The translations under genes and the position numbers were made by a program. A stretch of 20,785 nt of DNA, taken from assembly GCA_036339465.1 (NCBI GenBank), contig JAYZAY010000094.1:1-20785 (forward strand). The letters run 5' to 3'. The stretch is from Myxococcota bacterium (lineage in GTDB: Bacteria > Myxococcota > XYA12-FULL-58-9 > JABJBS01). A model generated the notes under the pieces. The model had not been told where the DNA came from. It saw only the letters and a program-made list of their open reading frames with translations, and made no database searches. Position 1 is the first letter of the stretch; every line of letters starts with the position of its first letter. This document shows positions 1-9,526 of this stretch, piece after piece.

Positions 1-151
1 CCTAAGCAGTAGGCACTTAGAGGGTCTTGCACCTCTCCTCTGGGAACAGATCGCTCCAAACTCGATTCCACTTCTGACTGCGACATGCATTTTGATTGTG
101 ACCTTGCCCCAACAAGGTTATAGCCCTTCTCAGTCATCCAAGGAAAAACCT

Positions 152-1528
152 ATGCATCCTTGTATTCTTAAGCACCCGTGTTTCATCCCCACCTTTCTCG
201 TCTTCATTATTTTGAGCGCCTGCACAGGCTCAGACCGCAGCGTATCCCAAATTCCAATTCCCCAATACCCTCAACTTAACCTCACCAGCACCGAAGATCT
301 CAGCGGTTTTCCCACCGCAATTCACATTACAGAATTAACCACCCAAGATGCATACTTATCCCTTTTCACCACCGAAAAAACCGCCTCGTTGGTGGTTTTA
401 GAAAATACCGACAATCAATGGGAAAAACACACCGAACAAAACATCTCAATTTCCGACTCCGGGTTTTCATACTACGACCTTAAGGACCTGAAACCCAACA
501 CAGCCTATGCAAGTTACGCATTGAGTATCGATCACACCCGCCGGACCTCGATCACGTTTTTCCGGACACCCATCGATAGCGGTACCACTCGACTGATCCG
601 CTTCGGCGCCACGAGTTGCTTCGGAAGCAATAATCGCCCCTGGGCACCGCTTAACCATGCTGCCGCCCAAAACCTCGATTTCTTCCTCTTACTCGGTGAC
701 ACCGTCTATGCTGACCAATCCCAAAACCTTCAAGGCTATCGGGACTTCTGGAGCTATACCCAAAGTGTGCCCGGCTTCCGTAACTTGGCCAGTTCGACCT
801 CCCTCTATGCCACCTGGGACGACCACGAAATCGTCAACAACTGGCCCCTGAATAATGCCGCAACCCCTGAACGTCTCGAATGGGCCAGTCAAGCATTCTT
901 CGAAGCCCTACCTTGGCGAAAAAAACGCTCGGGCATAAGCCTATGGCGTTCCTACACATGGGGCGACCAAGTTGAGATGTTCATCTTAGACAGCCGAAGC
1001 GAACGTTCCAACAACGATTACATATCCAAAGAACAAATGGATTGGCTCAAAGTGGAACTCAGCAACAGTGCTGCCAACTTCAAACTCATTCTCTCTAGTG
1101 TACCGGTCACGGACATGGGAGATCTGGTGGGGGAATTTTATGCGAAAGACCGGTGGCAAGGCTACCCGACTCAAAGACAAGAAATCCTCGAACACATCGA
1201 CAACAACAAGATATCAGGTATCTATTGGTTGGCAGGGGATCTCCATTTTGGGATGATGAGCCACCTTTCTCCTGAAGGGGAGCCCGGTGCGAATAACTGG
1301 GAAATCATTGTCGGCCCCGTAGGCAGCCCAGTGCTTCCCTTAGTTTCCTCGAACCTAATTGAACCCGGTGACCAATACCCGCATCTTATTGCAAAATGGA
1401 ATTACGTGCTCTTTGAAGCCGATCCCATAACCCATAATCTTGAGGTCCAATACATCGGCAATGAAGGCAATGTACTTTTTCGCAAAACCCTTTTAAGCAA
1501 GGGTAACCAAACCGACACCGAACAATAA
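152..1528 (+). CDS. phoD: Alkaline phosphatase D (PhoD) family metallophosphoesterase, probable lipoprotein
   Basis: PhoD motifs ATSC, LLGDTVYAD, WDDHEIVNN, LDSR, DRWQGY and AGDLH are present. I prefer ATG 152 (AAGGA upstream) over the TTG at 92. A hydrophobic N-terminus ends in a lipobox-like ILSA-C. Confidence 0.85.
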   Translation: MHPCILKHPCFIPTFLVFIILSACTGSDRSVSQIPIPQYPQLNLTSTEDLSGFPTAIHITELTTQDAYLSLFTTEKTASLVVLENTDNQWEKHTEQNISISDSGFSYYDLKDLKPNTAYASYALSIDHTRRTSITFFRTPIDSGTTRLIRFGATSCFGSNNRPWAPLNHAAAQNLDFFLLLGDTVYADQSQNLQGYRDFWSYTQSVPGFRNLASSTSLYATWDDHEIVNNWPLNNAATPERLEWASQAFFEALPWRKKRSGISLWRSYTWGDQVEMFILDSRSERSNNDYISKEQMDWLKVELSNSAANFKLILSSVPVTDMGDLVGEFYAKDRWQGYPTQRQEILEHIDNNKISGIYWLAGDLHFGMMSHLSPEGEPGANNWEIIVGPVGSPVLPLVSSNLIEPGDQYPHLIAKWNYVLFEADPITHNLEVQYIGNEGNVLFRKTLLSKGNQTDTEQ

Positions 1529-1655
1529 GACTCATCCCCTAACCAACCGGTCACACTCAACCCGGAAAGGCAACTGGATTTAAAGGGGCCATTGGATCTG
1601 GTTATCCCAAAGTCTACGGCGACTTCCGGTCGAAAAAACCTAAAGATTTGAGATT

Positions 1656-3890
1656 CTAACGCAAGGCTTTGGGTTTTCGGCTCAATATAATAGAGGCACA
1701 TTCACACTCATAGGCCACTCGTATCGCTGGGTTATCCAGAAGGTCTTGATACATCAAGCGGCCAAGTCCCAAAATGACCAAATCATAATCCTTGCAACAT
1801 TCCAAAATCGTCTCCGGTGGGGTTTGACTACGACGCACCTGCACCGTGCTTCGACTCCATGTTTTCACATCCGCCAAACGATTAATACTCTCTACCACCG
1901 AATCAACCTGCTGATTTGTGGCCGCGTCAGGCACGAGGGAGAGAAAAGTGATTTCTGGATTCACCTCCCGACACAAGCTCGCCAAAAAGCGCGCTCTCAG
2001 CTCATGTTCCTTGCCCCGGCCAGCAACGGGCACCAAAATCCGTCGGATTTTCGAAAGCTCCCAGTTCGGTGGACTTTTCATCAAGGCCACGTCGCACCCA
2101 ATTTCTTCGATCAGCGAATGGACATCGTAATTCTTGGTCCACTGAGCCAGTTGCCCCAATCCCAAAAGAAGGCTTTCACACCGATGAATCTTTGCCACTC
2201 TTCGAATTTCCTCCCAGGGCTGCGCCGCGCGGGTAATCAGTGCCTCGGGCGTATAACCTCGAGCATACGACTCAGCCAAAGCCGCACGAATCACCGCCTG
2301 GGCATTGTGAAGTCGCATTTCCATCTCATGTTCATCGTGGTCAGTCACCACACTGAGCACCAACACTCGACCCACTTCACTGGGAGCCAAAGCATTGGCA
2401 ATGCCAACCATGGCTCCAGCTTGAGTCGGATTTGCCACTGGCAATAACACAAACGGGCTCCGTCCCCGGAGCTGAATCAAAGTGAGATCCCATCCCTCCG
2501 CCGAGGCATCTACAAGCTCCGCCCCTTCGGCAAAAAGAGAAAAATAGAGTATCCCCCCTAGCCCCAACCACAATACGAGAATCAGCCCTGCTCCCGGAAC
2601 TGAAACCGCTTGAAAAATAGCCAAGGCGAAACAGGCCCCCCCCCCAACCACAGGAACCAAAGGGAACCATGGGGTTAGAAATGCGTGTTCCTGGGGCCCG
2701 ATTCGTTTCCTCGCCAAGTAGGTCGCGCCGTGGGTCAATGCAAATGAGAGCAAAAACACCAAACTGGCCGCCGCACCCGCTCCCGCTAAATCAGGTACCA
2801 TCAGCACAATGGCCACCAGGGTTAGCGTCGTTACGTAAATAGCCATAACCGGCGTTTGTCTTTTGGGATGAAGTTGAGAAAATACTCTGGGCAACGTTCT
2901 GTCATTGGCCATCGATAGCGCCACCCTCGAGGCAGCCATGAGATTGGCTCGAAGCGCGGAAAGCGTCGCCATGATGGCCGCAAGAATCACCATCCAGTAG
3001 CCAAAGTCTCCCATGTAAATCTTGACCGCCAACGCCACCACTGTCTCGGGATCTGCCGCAGCCATCTCGGAAATATTGACCCCGGGTTGAGTCCCCACCG
3101 TCGACACCAAAAACAAAAGTGGAATATAAATAATCAGAGCAATTCCCAAAGAGAGCAGCATGGAGCGCGGAATCACAGATTTTGGATTTTTCACCTCACC
3201 GGCCACCGTGGCAATCAAATCAAATCCTTGCAACGCAATAAAGGTAAAACCCATGGCAGTGAAGAGCCCCATCGCCCCTTGGGAAAAAAATGGGTCCAAG
3301 GCTGCAGAAGTTTCTCCCAGAGGTTTGACCACCAAAGCCAGCACCCCAGAAACAATGAGGACAATAAAAAGGGCGACTTTTCCATAGGTGGGAATTTCCC
3401 CTCCCCCTGTGTTTTTCCGAGTCAACGAAAGGGCATAGACCAACGAAGGCACAATCGCCAAGACCAGGACAGTCGATCGACTGTCCAACCATGCCGGGTA
3501 TGGGCCTCCCAAGAGCAAGGGCCAAAGACTCTTAATCAGAAGGCTACCATACGCCGCAAAGCCCAAACCATAGAGCACCCCCGCCACAATATAAGCGAAC
3601 CAAATAAACCAACCCATCACAAAGGCCACACGCACCGAAAGAACTTTCTTCGCAAACGTGTAAACCCCACCTGATTCAGAAAAAGTGGTCGAAATCTCCG
3701 CAAAACTTAGGGCAGTCAGAACCGCGACCATCCCATTCAGAAGAAAAGCCAAAAGAGCGCTGGGGCCTGTCGCCTGAAATGCCACCCCCGCCAAGACTAA
3801 AATCCCCCCCCCCACAATCGCGCCCACACCAATGGTGGTGGCCTCACGCAGACCTATGGTTCGTCGGGTATCGATTGAGTGTTCAGACAT
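1656..3890 (-). CDS. APC-family amino acid permease fused to C-terminal universal stress protein (USP)-like domains
   Basis: About 12 hydrophobic segments with APC signatures GAIVGGGI, AEI...SGGVY, GFDLIATVAGEVKNPK and ASRVALSMANDRTLP. The C-terminus has two USP-like units (VLLPVANP...LLLG...CDVALMK and ILVPVAG...DLVILG). I prefer start ATG 3890 because GGAGG lies upstream; the ORF track extends to 3965. Confidence 0.85.
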   Translation of the reverse strand: MSEHSIDTRRTIGLREATTIGVGAIVGGGILVLAGVAFQATGPSALLAFLLNGMVAVLTALSFAEISTTFSESGGVYTFAKKVLSVRVAFVMGWFIWFAYIVAGVLYGLGFAAYGSLLIKSLWPLLLGGPYPAWLDSRSTVLVLAIVPSLVYALSLTRKNTGGGEIPTYGKVALFIVLIVSGVLALVVKPLGETSAALDPFFSQGAMGLFTAMGFTFIALQGFDLIATVAGEVKNPKSVIPRSMLLSLGIALIIYIPLLFLVSTVGTQPGVNISEMAAADPETVVALAVKIYMGDFGYWMVILAAIMATLSALRANLMAASRVALSMANDRTLPRVFSQLHPKRQTPVMAIYVTTLTLVAIVLMVPDLAGAGAAASLVFLLSFALTHGATYLARKRIGPQEHAFLTPWFPLVPVVGGGACFALAIFQAVSVPGAGLILVLWLGLGGILYFSLFAEGAELVDASAEGWDLTLIQLRGRSPFVLLPVANPTQAGAMVGIANALAPSEVGRVLVLSVVTDHDEHEMEMRLHNAQAVIRAALAESYARGYTPEALITRAAQPWEEIRRVAKIHRCESLLLGLGQLAQWTKNYDVHSLIEEIGCDVALMKSPPNWELSKIRRILVPVAGRGKEHELRARFLASLCREVNPEITFLSLVPDAATNQQVDSVVESINRLADVKTWSRSTVQVRRSQTPPETILECCKDYDLVILGLGRLMYQDLLDNPAIRVAYECECASIILSRKPKALR

Positions 3891-4202
3891 CAAACCTCCG
3901 GGTATGAGGACCCGAACAAGATTGAAACGATTCGCCAAAATTTTATGGAGAACCATTGAAGCCAATCATGGAGTAATCGGTCTAAGAAAAATCCCCCACG
4001 GCCCATAAACCCAAGTGCCAAAAGCACGGCACCTAGATGGCCCCAGAAAATAGAGCCTAAAAAAGGCCTAAAGTTCGCCCCATAAATTCGCTTTGGCAAC
4101 ACCAACTTGGTAAAAGTTTTCAGAATGATGCTTGACGCACTGACCCAAATTATCGTCTATTGGGCTGCAAATTTTTTAGAGACCCCTTAAATGAGGACGG
4201 CT

Positions 4203-5876
4203 ATGAGCGCGGATAAAATTTTATTGGATTATGTTTATGAAAATGAAGCCACCCACAGCACCAAAATCTGGCTCACCCAGCCCTTAGGCAATGGTCAAGC
4301 CAAAACCTACACCTGGGCAGAAGCAATGAGCGAAGCCCGCCGCATGGCCAATCACTTGAAATCATTGGGTTATGAGCCAGGTAGCAATATTGGGATCTTG
4401 TCAAAGAATTGCGCGCATTTTATGATCTCAGAGCTCGCGATCTGGATGGCAGGCCATTGTACGGTGGCCATTTTCCCAACCGTGAACCAACAGACTGCTG
4501 CCTATATTATCGAGCATTCCGAATTAAAACTGCTCTTTGTAGGCAAGCTCGACCTTCCTGATTGGACAGAAATTCAGCAGGGTGTGCCCGCTACCCTTCC
4601 ATGCGTGGCCTACGGCCTAGCCCCCACCAACACCTATGAGAAATGGGACGATATCGTTGCCAAGGCTGCACCCATTGAAGGTAACCCGGCAAGAAAATCT
4701 TCGGAACGCGCTATTATTATCTATACCTCGGGCTCCACCGGAAAACCCAAGGGCGTGGCCCACGGATTTGGACCCATGGCGATATCCGCACAAGGTATGG
4801 TGCGAGAATTAAAGATTGGACCACAAGACCGGTGCCTATCCTACCTTCCTTTGGCCCATGTATTTGAACGGGCCTACATTCAATGCACCTCGCTTATCGC
4901 CAGAAGCCATGTCTACTTTGCGGAAAGCCTCGATACCTTTGTCGCTGACCTACAAAGAGCTCGACCCACCATCTTTATTTCCGTGCCACGCTTATGGCTC
5001 AAATTTCAACTGGGCGTCTTCAAAAACATGCCCAAGGAAAAACTCGAATTTCTCCTTAAAGTCCCGATTCTTTCCGGCGTCGTTAAAAAGAAGATTCTTA
5101 CGAAACTAGGACTCAACCACGTTCGCCTCGCCGGCAGTGGTTCGGCCCCCATTCCCGCCGAGCTCATCGCTTGGTATCGTAAATTAGGCCTAATGTTACT
5201 GGAAGGCTACGCCATGAGTGAGGACTTTGCCTATTCGCATTTGTCCACCGAGACCCATAACGAGCCTGGCTACGTGGGCGTCCCCTATCCTGAAGTTCAG
5301 GTAAAAATCAGCGACGCCGGGGAAATCCTCATCAAGTCCCCCGGGAAGATGCAAGGCTATTATAGAGAAGAAGCCATGAGCGCTGAATGCTTCACCGACG
5401 ATGGCTATTTCAAAACCGGGGACCGAGGTGAGCGAAAACCCGATGGGCTCTTGAAAATCACCGGTCGGGTCAAAGAGATTTTTAAGACCTCCAAGGGAAA
5501 ATATGTGGCCCCCGCACCCATTGAAAATATTATCAACAACGATGAGCATGTAGAGCTCAGCATCGTCACGGGATCCGGGCAACCCCAACCCTACGCTCAA
5601 GTGGTTTTAGCTGAAGACCTCCGAGGGAAAATCAACGAAGGCAATCTAAAGGATGAAGTCCATTCCGCCCTGGAGTCCCTTCTTTCCAGGGTCAATGCCA
5701 AAATAGAGCACCATGAACAGCTGCAATTTATCACCGTGGTTAGCCAGGAATGGACCACCGCCAATGGCTTCCTAACCCCCACCATGAAGATTCGGCGCTC
5801 CGCAATTGAGCAAGCATGCGAACCCAAGGTGGAAGGGTGGTACAACACCAAGCAAAAAGTAATATGGGCCGAATAA
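4203..5876 (+). CDS. Long-chain-fatty-acid--CoA ligase (AMP-binding enzyme, FadD-like)
   Basis: Motifs YTSGSTGKPKG, SYLPLAHVFER, EGYAMSE, FKTGD, ITGRVKEIFKTSKGKYVAP and LTPTMKIRR. I prefer ATG 4203 (GAGGA upstream); ATG 4191 is the alternative. Confidence 0.9.
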   Translation: MSADKILLDYVYENEATHSTKIWLTQPLGNGQAKTYTWAEAMSEARRMANHLKSLGYEPGSNIGILSKNCAHFMISELAIWMAGHCTVAIFPTVNQQTAAYIIEHSELKLLFVGKLDLPDWTEIQQGVPATLPCVAYGLAPTNTYEKWDDIVAKAAPIEGNPARKSSERAIIIYTSGSTGKPKGVAHGFGPMAISAQGMVRELKIGPQDRCLSYLPLAHVFERAYIQCTSLIARSHVYFAESLDTFVADLQRARPTIFISVPRLWLKFQLGVFKNMPKEKLEFLLKVPILSGVVKKKILTKLGLNHVRLAGSGSAPIPAELIAWYRKLGLMLLEGYAMSEDFAYSHLSTETHNEPGYVGVPYPEVQVKISDAGEILIKSPGKMQGYYREEAMSAECFTDDGYFKTGDRGERKPDGLLKITGRVKEIFKTSKGKYVAPAPIENIINNDEHVELSIVTGSGQPQPYAQVVLAEDLRGKINEGNLKDEVHSALESLLSRVNAKIEHHEQLQFITVVSQEWTTANGFLTPTMKIRRSAIEQACEPKVEGWYNTKQKVIWAE

Positions 5877-5994
5877 GCAGCCTCCTATTTCCTCACTGGC
5901 CATGGGGGCATTTCTTTTCCAGAAGATTATTCTCGTATCCAAATAATTGAAGCGAAGATTATAAATAGGGGATGGTTCTGGGGTGAAAAACGCC

Positions 5995-6034
5995 ATAAAA
6001 AAGGGGCACCAACCCATTCGAGGTGGTGCCCCTT
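5995..6034 (-). terminator. Rho-independent terminator downstream of nrdB
   Basis: Perfect 11-bp inverted repeat AAGGGGCACCA (6001-6011) / TGGTGCCCCTT (6024-6034), followed on the minus strand by a T-run. It lies about 25 nt after the nrdB stop, between convergent genes. Confidence 0.75.
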
Positions 6035-6060
6035 GGCTGCTTTCCTAGATGAGAGCGCAG

Positions 6061-7059
6061 TTAGAAGGCTTCGTCGAAGACAACATCTCCTTCAATCGCA
6101 ACTTGATATGCCGAAACTCGACGTTCGAAGAAATTGGTCAATTCTTGAACATCCTGCAAATCCATAAATGAAAATGGATTCTTAGATTTAAACTGGGGCG
6201 GAAAACCTAAATTCCCTAACCGCTGGTCCGAAACATACTCGAGGTATTGTCGCATATTCGTCAATGACAATCCTGAAATACCTTCGGAGAGAATGTCGTC
6301 AGCGAATGCCATCTCAACATCCACCGCTTCCTTCATCATTGCATATATCTGGTCTTCAAGTTCCACCGTGAAAATTTCAGGTTCCTCTTGGCGTACGGTG
6401 TCGATCACTTCAAATGCAAAGCGCATGTGACAACTCTCATCTCGAAAAACCCAATTGGTACCCGACGCCAAGCCATGCAACAATCCTTTGCTTCTTAGAA
6501 AATAGACGTAGGCAAAAGCAGCAAAGAAAAAGAGACCCTCGATACACGCCCCAAAGCAAACCATATTCAGGATGAATCTACGTTTCTCTTCAACTGTCTT
6601 TAAGGATTCCAAGTCGTTGATCGAATCCATCCACTTAAAACAAAACTCCGCTTTTCTCTTAATGGATGGAATATTGTGGATGGCCGAGAATGCCATCTCT
6701 CGCTCTTTATGATCGGGGATATACGTGTCCAGCAAAGTGAGATAAAACTGCACATGCAACGCTTCCTCGTAAAGCTGACGGGATAAATACATCCGTGCCT
6801 CAGGCGAATTCACATGTTTGTATAGATTGAGCACCAGATTGTTGGCGACAATGGAATCACCGGTTGCAAAAAATGCCACCAAGCGATTGATCAAATGATG
6901 TTCCGCCGGACTAAGCTTGTGCTTCAGATCCCGAACATCTGTGGAAAAATCCACTTCTTCCACAGTCCACGTATTCTTAATGGCATCGCGATACATCTCA
7001 TAAAATTCGGGGTACTGCATCGGGCGTAGGGTCAAATTTAAGCCTGGTTGTAATAACAT
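6061..7059 (-). CDS. nrdB: Ribonucleotide-diphosphate reductase class Ia beta (R2) subunit
   Basis: Ferritin-like R2 motifs FFATGD, EEALHVQFY (ExxH plus radical Tyr), IEGLFF, RDESCH and C-terminal NFFERRVSAY. Adjacent to nrdA. Confidence 0.96.
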   Translation of the reverse strand: MLLQPGLNLTLRPMQYPEFYEMYRDAIKNTWTVEEVDFSTDVRDLKHKLSPAEHHLINRLVAFFATGDSIVANNLVLNLYKHVNSPEARMYLSRQLYEEALHVQFYLTLLDTYIPDHKEREMAFSAIHNIPSIKRKAEFCFKWMDSINDLESLKTVEEKRRFILNMVCFGACIEGLFFFAAFAYVYFLRSKGLLHGLASGTNWVFRDESCHMRFAFEVIDTVRQEEPEIFTVELEDQIYAMMKEAVDVEMAFADDILSEGISGLSLTNMRQYLEYVSDQRLGNLGFPPQFKSKNPFSFMDLQDVQELTNFFERRVSAYQVAIEGDVVFDEAF

Positions 7060-7081
7060 CTTCTTCCTCGTTCCCTTTCAG

Positions 7082-9526
7082 TTATTGGCAAGCTTCACAG
7101 GATTCTGGGTTTTCCAAGGAGCAGGCCAACGCTTCCTCATCCTTATAGGCTTTCTCGTTTGCAACCGTGGTTTTCGCAATCTTTGTCGCCGGCCGTGAAC
7201 GAAGGTAATACGTGGTCTTGATCCCGCGTTTCCAGGCATAGAGATACATGGATGAGAGCTTCCCTATGGTGGGCGTTTCCATAAATAGATTCAGTGACTG
7301 ACTTTGATCGATGAACGGAGAACGTTCAGCGGCCATATCGATCAGTGAACGCATGGGGATTTCCCACACTGTCCGGTAAATCTCACGGAGCTCTTCTGGG
7401 ATTTCTTGGATACCCTGAATGGAGCCCTCAGCCAACTTCACCTTTTCCTGAATCTGAGGTGTCCACAATCCCCGTTCCTTCAATTCATGAATCAAATAAT
7501 GATTGATCTGGATAAAATCTCCGGAGAGTGTTTCCCGCTTAAAAAGATTGGCTACTTGTGGCTCGGTACACTCGTAAACCCCAGCGATGGTTGCAATGGT
7601 CGCCGTCGGTGCAATGGCAATCACCAAGGAATTACGCAGACCATGTTTCATGATGTCCCTACGGAGCGCCCCCCACCTGTCTGAGTCTTCTGGCTTCACA
7701 TCCCATAGGTCGAAGCAGAGATTTCCTTTGGCCGCCCGGGTCTCATTGAAAGACTCATGGGCACCTTTCTTCTTCGCAAGCTCACAGGAACAATGCATGG
7801 CCGCATAGAGAATTTCCTCCTGGACCTTCCTAGATATTTCTCTGGCACGAGGAGAATCAAATGGGATTTTCAATTTGAAAAACACATCCTGAAGCCCCAT
7901 TAACCCCATGCCTACCGGCCGCCATTTCTGATTTGAGCTGAGCGCTGCTTGCGTTGGATAGTAGTTAATATCAACCACTCGATCCAAATAAATCACTGCC
8001 GTGGTTACCGTTTCCCGAATGGCCGCATAGTCGAGGTCTGTGCCTTTTACAAATTTAGAAAGATTCAAAGATCCCAAATTACAAACCGCGGTCTCTCCCT
8101 CGGAAGTAACCTCAATAATCTCCGTACACAAATTAGAAGAATGCACCATATTCCCAGGTTTACCGGTCTGATTACTCTTGCTATTACAGGGATCCTTAAA
8201 GGTCATCCACCCATTGCCGGTTTGCGCTAAGGTCCTCATCATTCGCAGATAGAGCTCCCGCGCGGGAACCTGCTTGACATATTTCTCTTCTTTCTCCGCT
8301 CGGACGTAGTGGCCCTCGAATTCCTCCCCGTAGGTATCAATGAGTTCAGGTACCCGCTTAGGGTCAAAAAGAGACCATTGTTCGTCTCCTTCCACACGCT
8401 TCATGAATAGATCGGGGATCCAGTTCGCAAGATTCAGGTTATGGGTCCGTCTCCCTTCGTCGCCTGTATTGTCCCGCAACTCTAAAAACGATTCGATATC
8501 CGCATGCCATGTTTCAAGATAAACACAACAAGCCCCTTTTCTTCGACCACCCTGGTTCACCGCAGCCACCGACGCGTCAAGGGTATTTAGAAAGGGAACG
8601 ATGCCTGAGGATTGACCATTGGTGCCACGAATCAGAGACCCCTCACTTCTCACTCGGTGATAGGCCAAACCAATGCCCCCGGCATGCTTCGAAAGCTTAG
8701 CAATCTCTGTATACCGGCCGTAAATCGATTCTAAATCGTCCATGGGCGAATCAAGAAGATAACAGGATGACATCTGTGGGTGCCGAGTGCCCGAGTTAAA
8801 TAGGGTCGGCGAACTCGGTAAATACCGCAGCTGTGAAAGGATATTATAAAATTCGATGGCCTCCGTTGGATTTTCCGACAGGCCACAGGCGACCCGCATC
8901 AAAAAATATTGGGGCGATTCAATCACATCTCGATTCTCAGGATGCTTCAGCAAATAACGGTCGTAAAGCGTCCGCAAACCAAAATACTGAAAGAGTTCAT
9001 TGCGTCCATGATCCACCGCATCGTTTAGCTTCCGGTTATTCTCCATGATGAATTCGTAGGTCCGCCCAGCCACCAATCCCAATTCATAGCCAGTGCGAAC
9101 GGATTGGGAAAAGGCATGGATCTCCTGATTACGAACTTCCTTATCGATAAATGTTCCCAGAAGCTGACTGGCCAAGAGTGAATACTCGGGCTCCTCAGCC
9201 ATCATCGAAGCCGCCGTCTGAATCGACAACTGGTCGAGTTCCTTCGTTGTTGCCCCATCATAAAGCCCACTGATGGTTTTGGTGGCGATCCGAATCGGAT
9301 CAACATCCGTCAGGCCTCCTGAACATCGTGTAATCGCCTTAACAATTTTATTTAAATCAACCGGCTCTAAATCACCGTTTCGCTTTCTTACTTGCATTCG
9401 CCTTTTTCTCCCGGAGGCTGGTCGAGTTTCGTCAGAACCCTGCGACCCTTCGTACCCTGCGCTATTTGCCTCGCTCGATGCCTTTTGGTCACCCGCTGGT
9501 ACTTTTTTCGTTTCAAACCTGAGCAT
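7082..9526 (-). CDS. nrdA: Ribonucleotide-diphosphate reductase class Ia alpha (R1) subunit with ATP cone
   Basis: ATP cone (MQVRKRNG...), SPTLFNSG, SSCY, SNLCTEI, CNLGS, APTAT, KTTYYLR and a C-terminal CEAC redox tail. Strong GGAGG upstream of the start. Confidence 0.97.
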   Translation of the reverse strand: MLRFETKKVPAGDQKASSEANSAGYEGSQGSDETRPASGRKRRMQVRKRNGDLEPVDLNKIVKAITRCSGGLTDVDPIRIATKTISGLYDGATTKELDQLSIQTAASMMAEEPEYSLLASQLLGTFIDKEVRNQEIHAFSQSVRTGYELGLVAGRTYEFIMENNRKLNDAVDHGRNELFQYFGLRTLYDRYLLKHPENRDVIESPQYFLMRVACGLSENPTEAIEFYNILSQLRYLPSSPTLFNSGTRHPQMSSCYLLDSPMDDLESIYGRYTEIAKLSKHAGGIGLAYHRVRSEGSLIRGTNGQSSGIVPFLNTLDASVAAVNQGGRRKGACCVYLETWHADIESFLELRDNTGDEGRRTHNLNLANWIPDLFMKRVEGDEQWSLFDPKRVPELIDTYGEEFEGHYVRAEKEEKYVKQVPARELYLRMMRTLAQTGNGWMTFKDPCNSKSNQTGKPGNMVHSSNLCTEIIEVTSEGETAVCNLGSLNLSKFVKGTDLDYAAIRETVTTAVIYLDRVVDINYYPTQAALSSNQKWRPVGMGLMGLQDVFFKLKIPFDSPRAREISRKVQEEILYAAMHCSCELAKKKGAHESFNETRAAKGNLCFDLWDVKPEDSDRWGALRRDIMKHGLRNSLVIAIAPTATIATIAGVYECTEPQVANLFKRETLSGDFIQINHYLIHELKERGLWTPQIQEKVKLAEGSIQGIQEIPEELREIYRTVWEIPMRSLIDMAAERSPFIDQSQSLNLFMETPTIGKLSSMYLYAWKRGIKTTYYLRSRPATKIAKTTVANEKAYKDEEALACSLENPESCEACQ

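Noticed and set aside
1..90. Possible N-terminus of a divergent minus-strand gene (ATG at 86 or 90, open to the window edge)
   Set aside because: At most 30 codons, two alternative open frames and no recognisable homology, so it cannot be supported.
1746..3674. Long antisense ORFs (1746..2447, 3087..3674) and similar ORFs opposite fadD, nrdA, glnS and the ROK gene
   Set aside because: They are shadow frames of well-supported genes and have no recognisable motifs.
6061..7059. Non-canonical RNR beta subunit (class Ic/Id/Ie)
   Set aside because: The first ligand is Asp, the radical Tyr is present and all carboxylate/His ligands are intact, consistent with ordinary class Ia.
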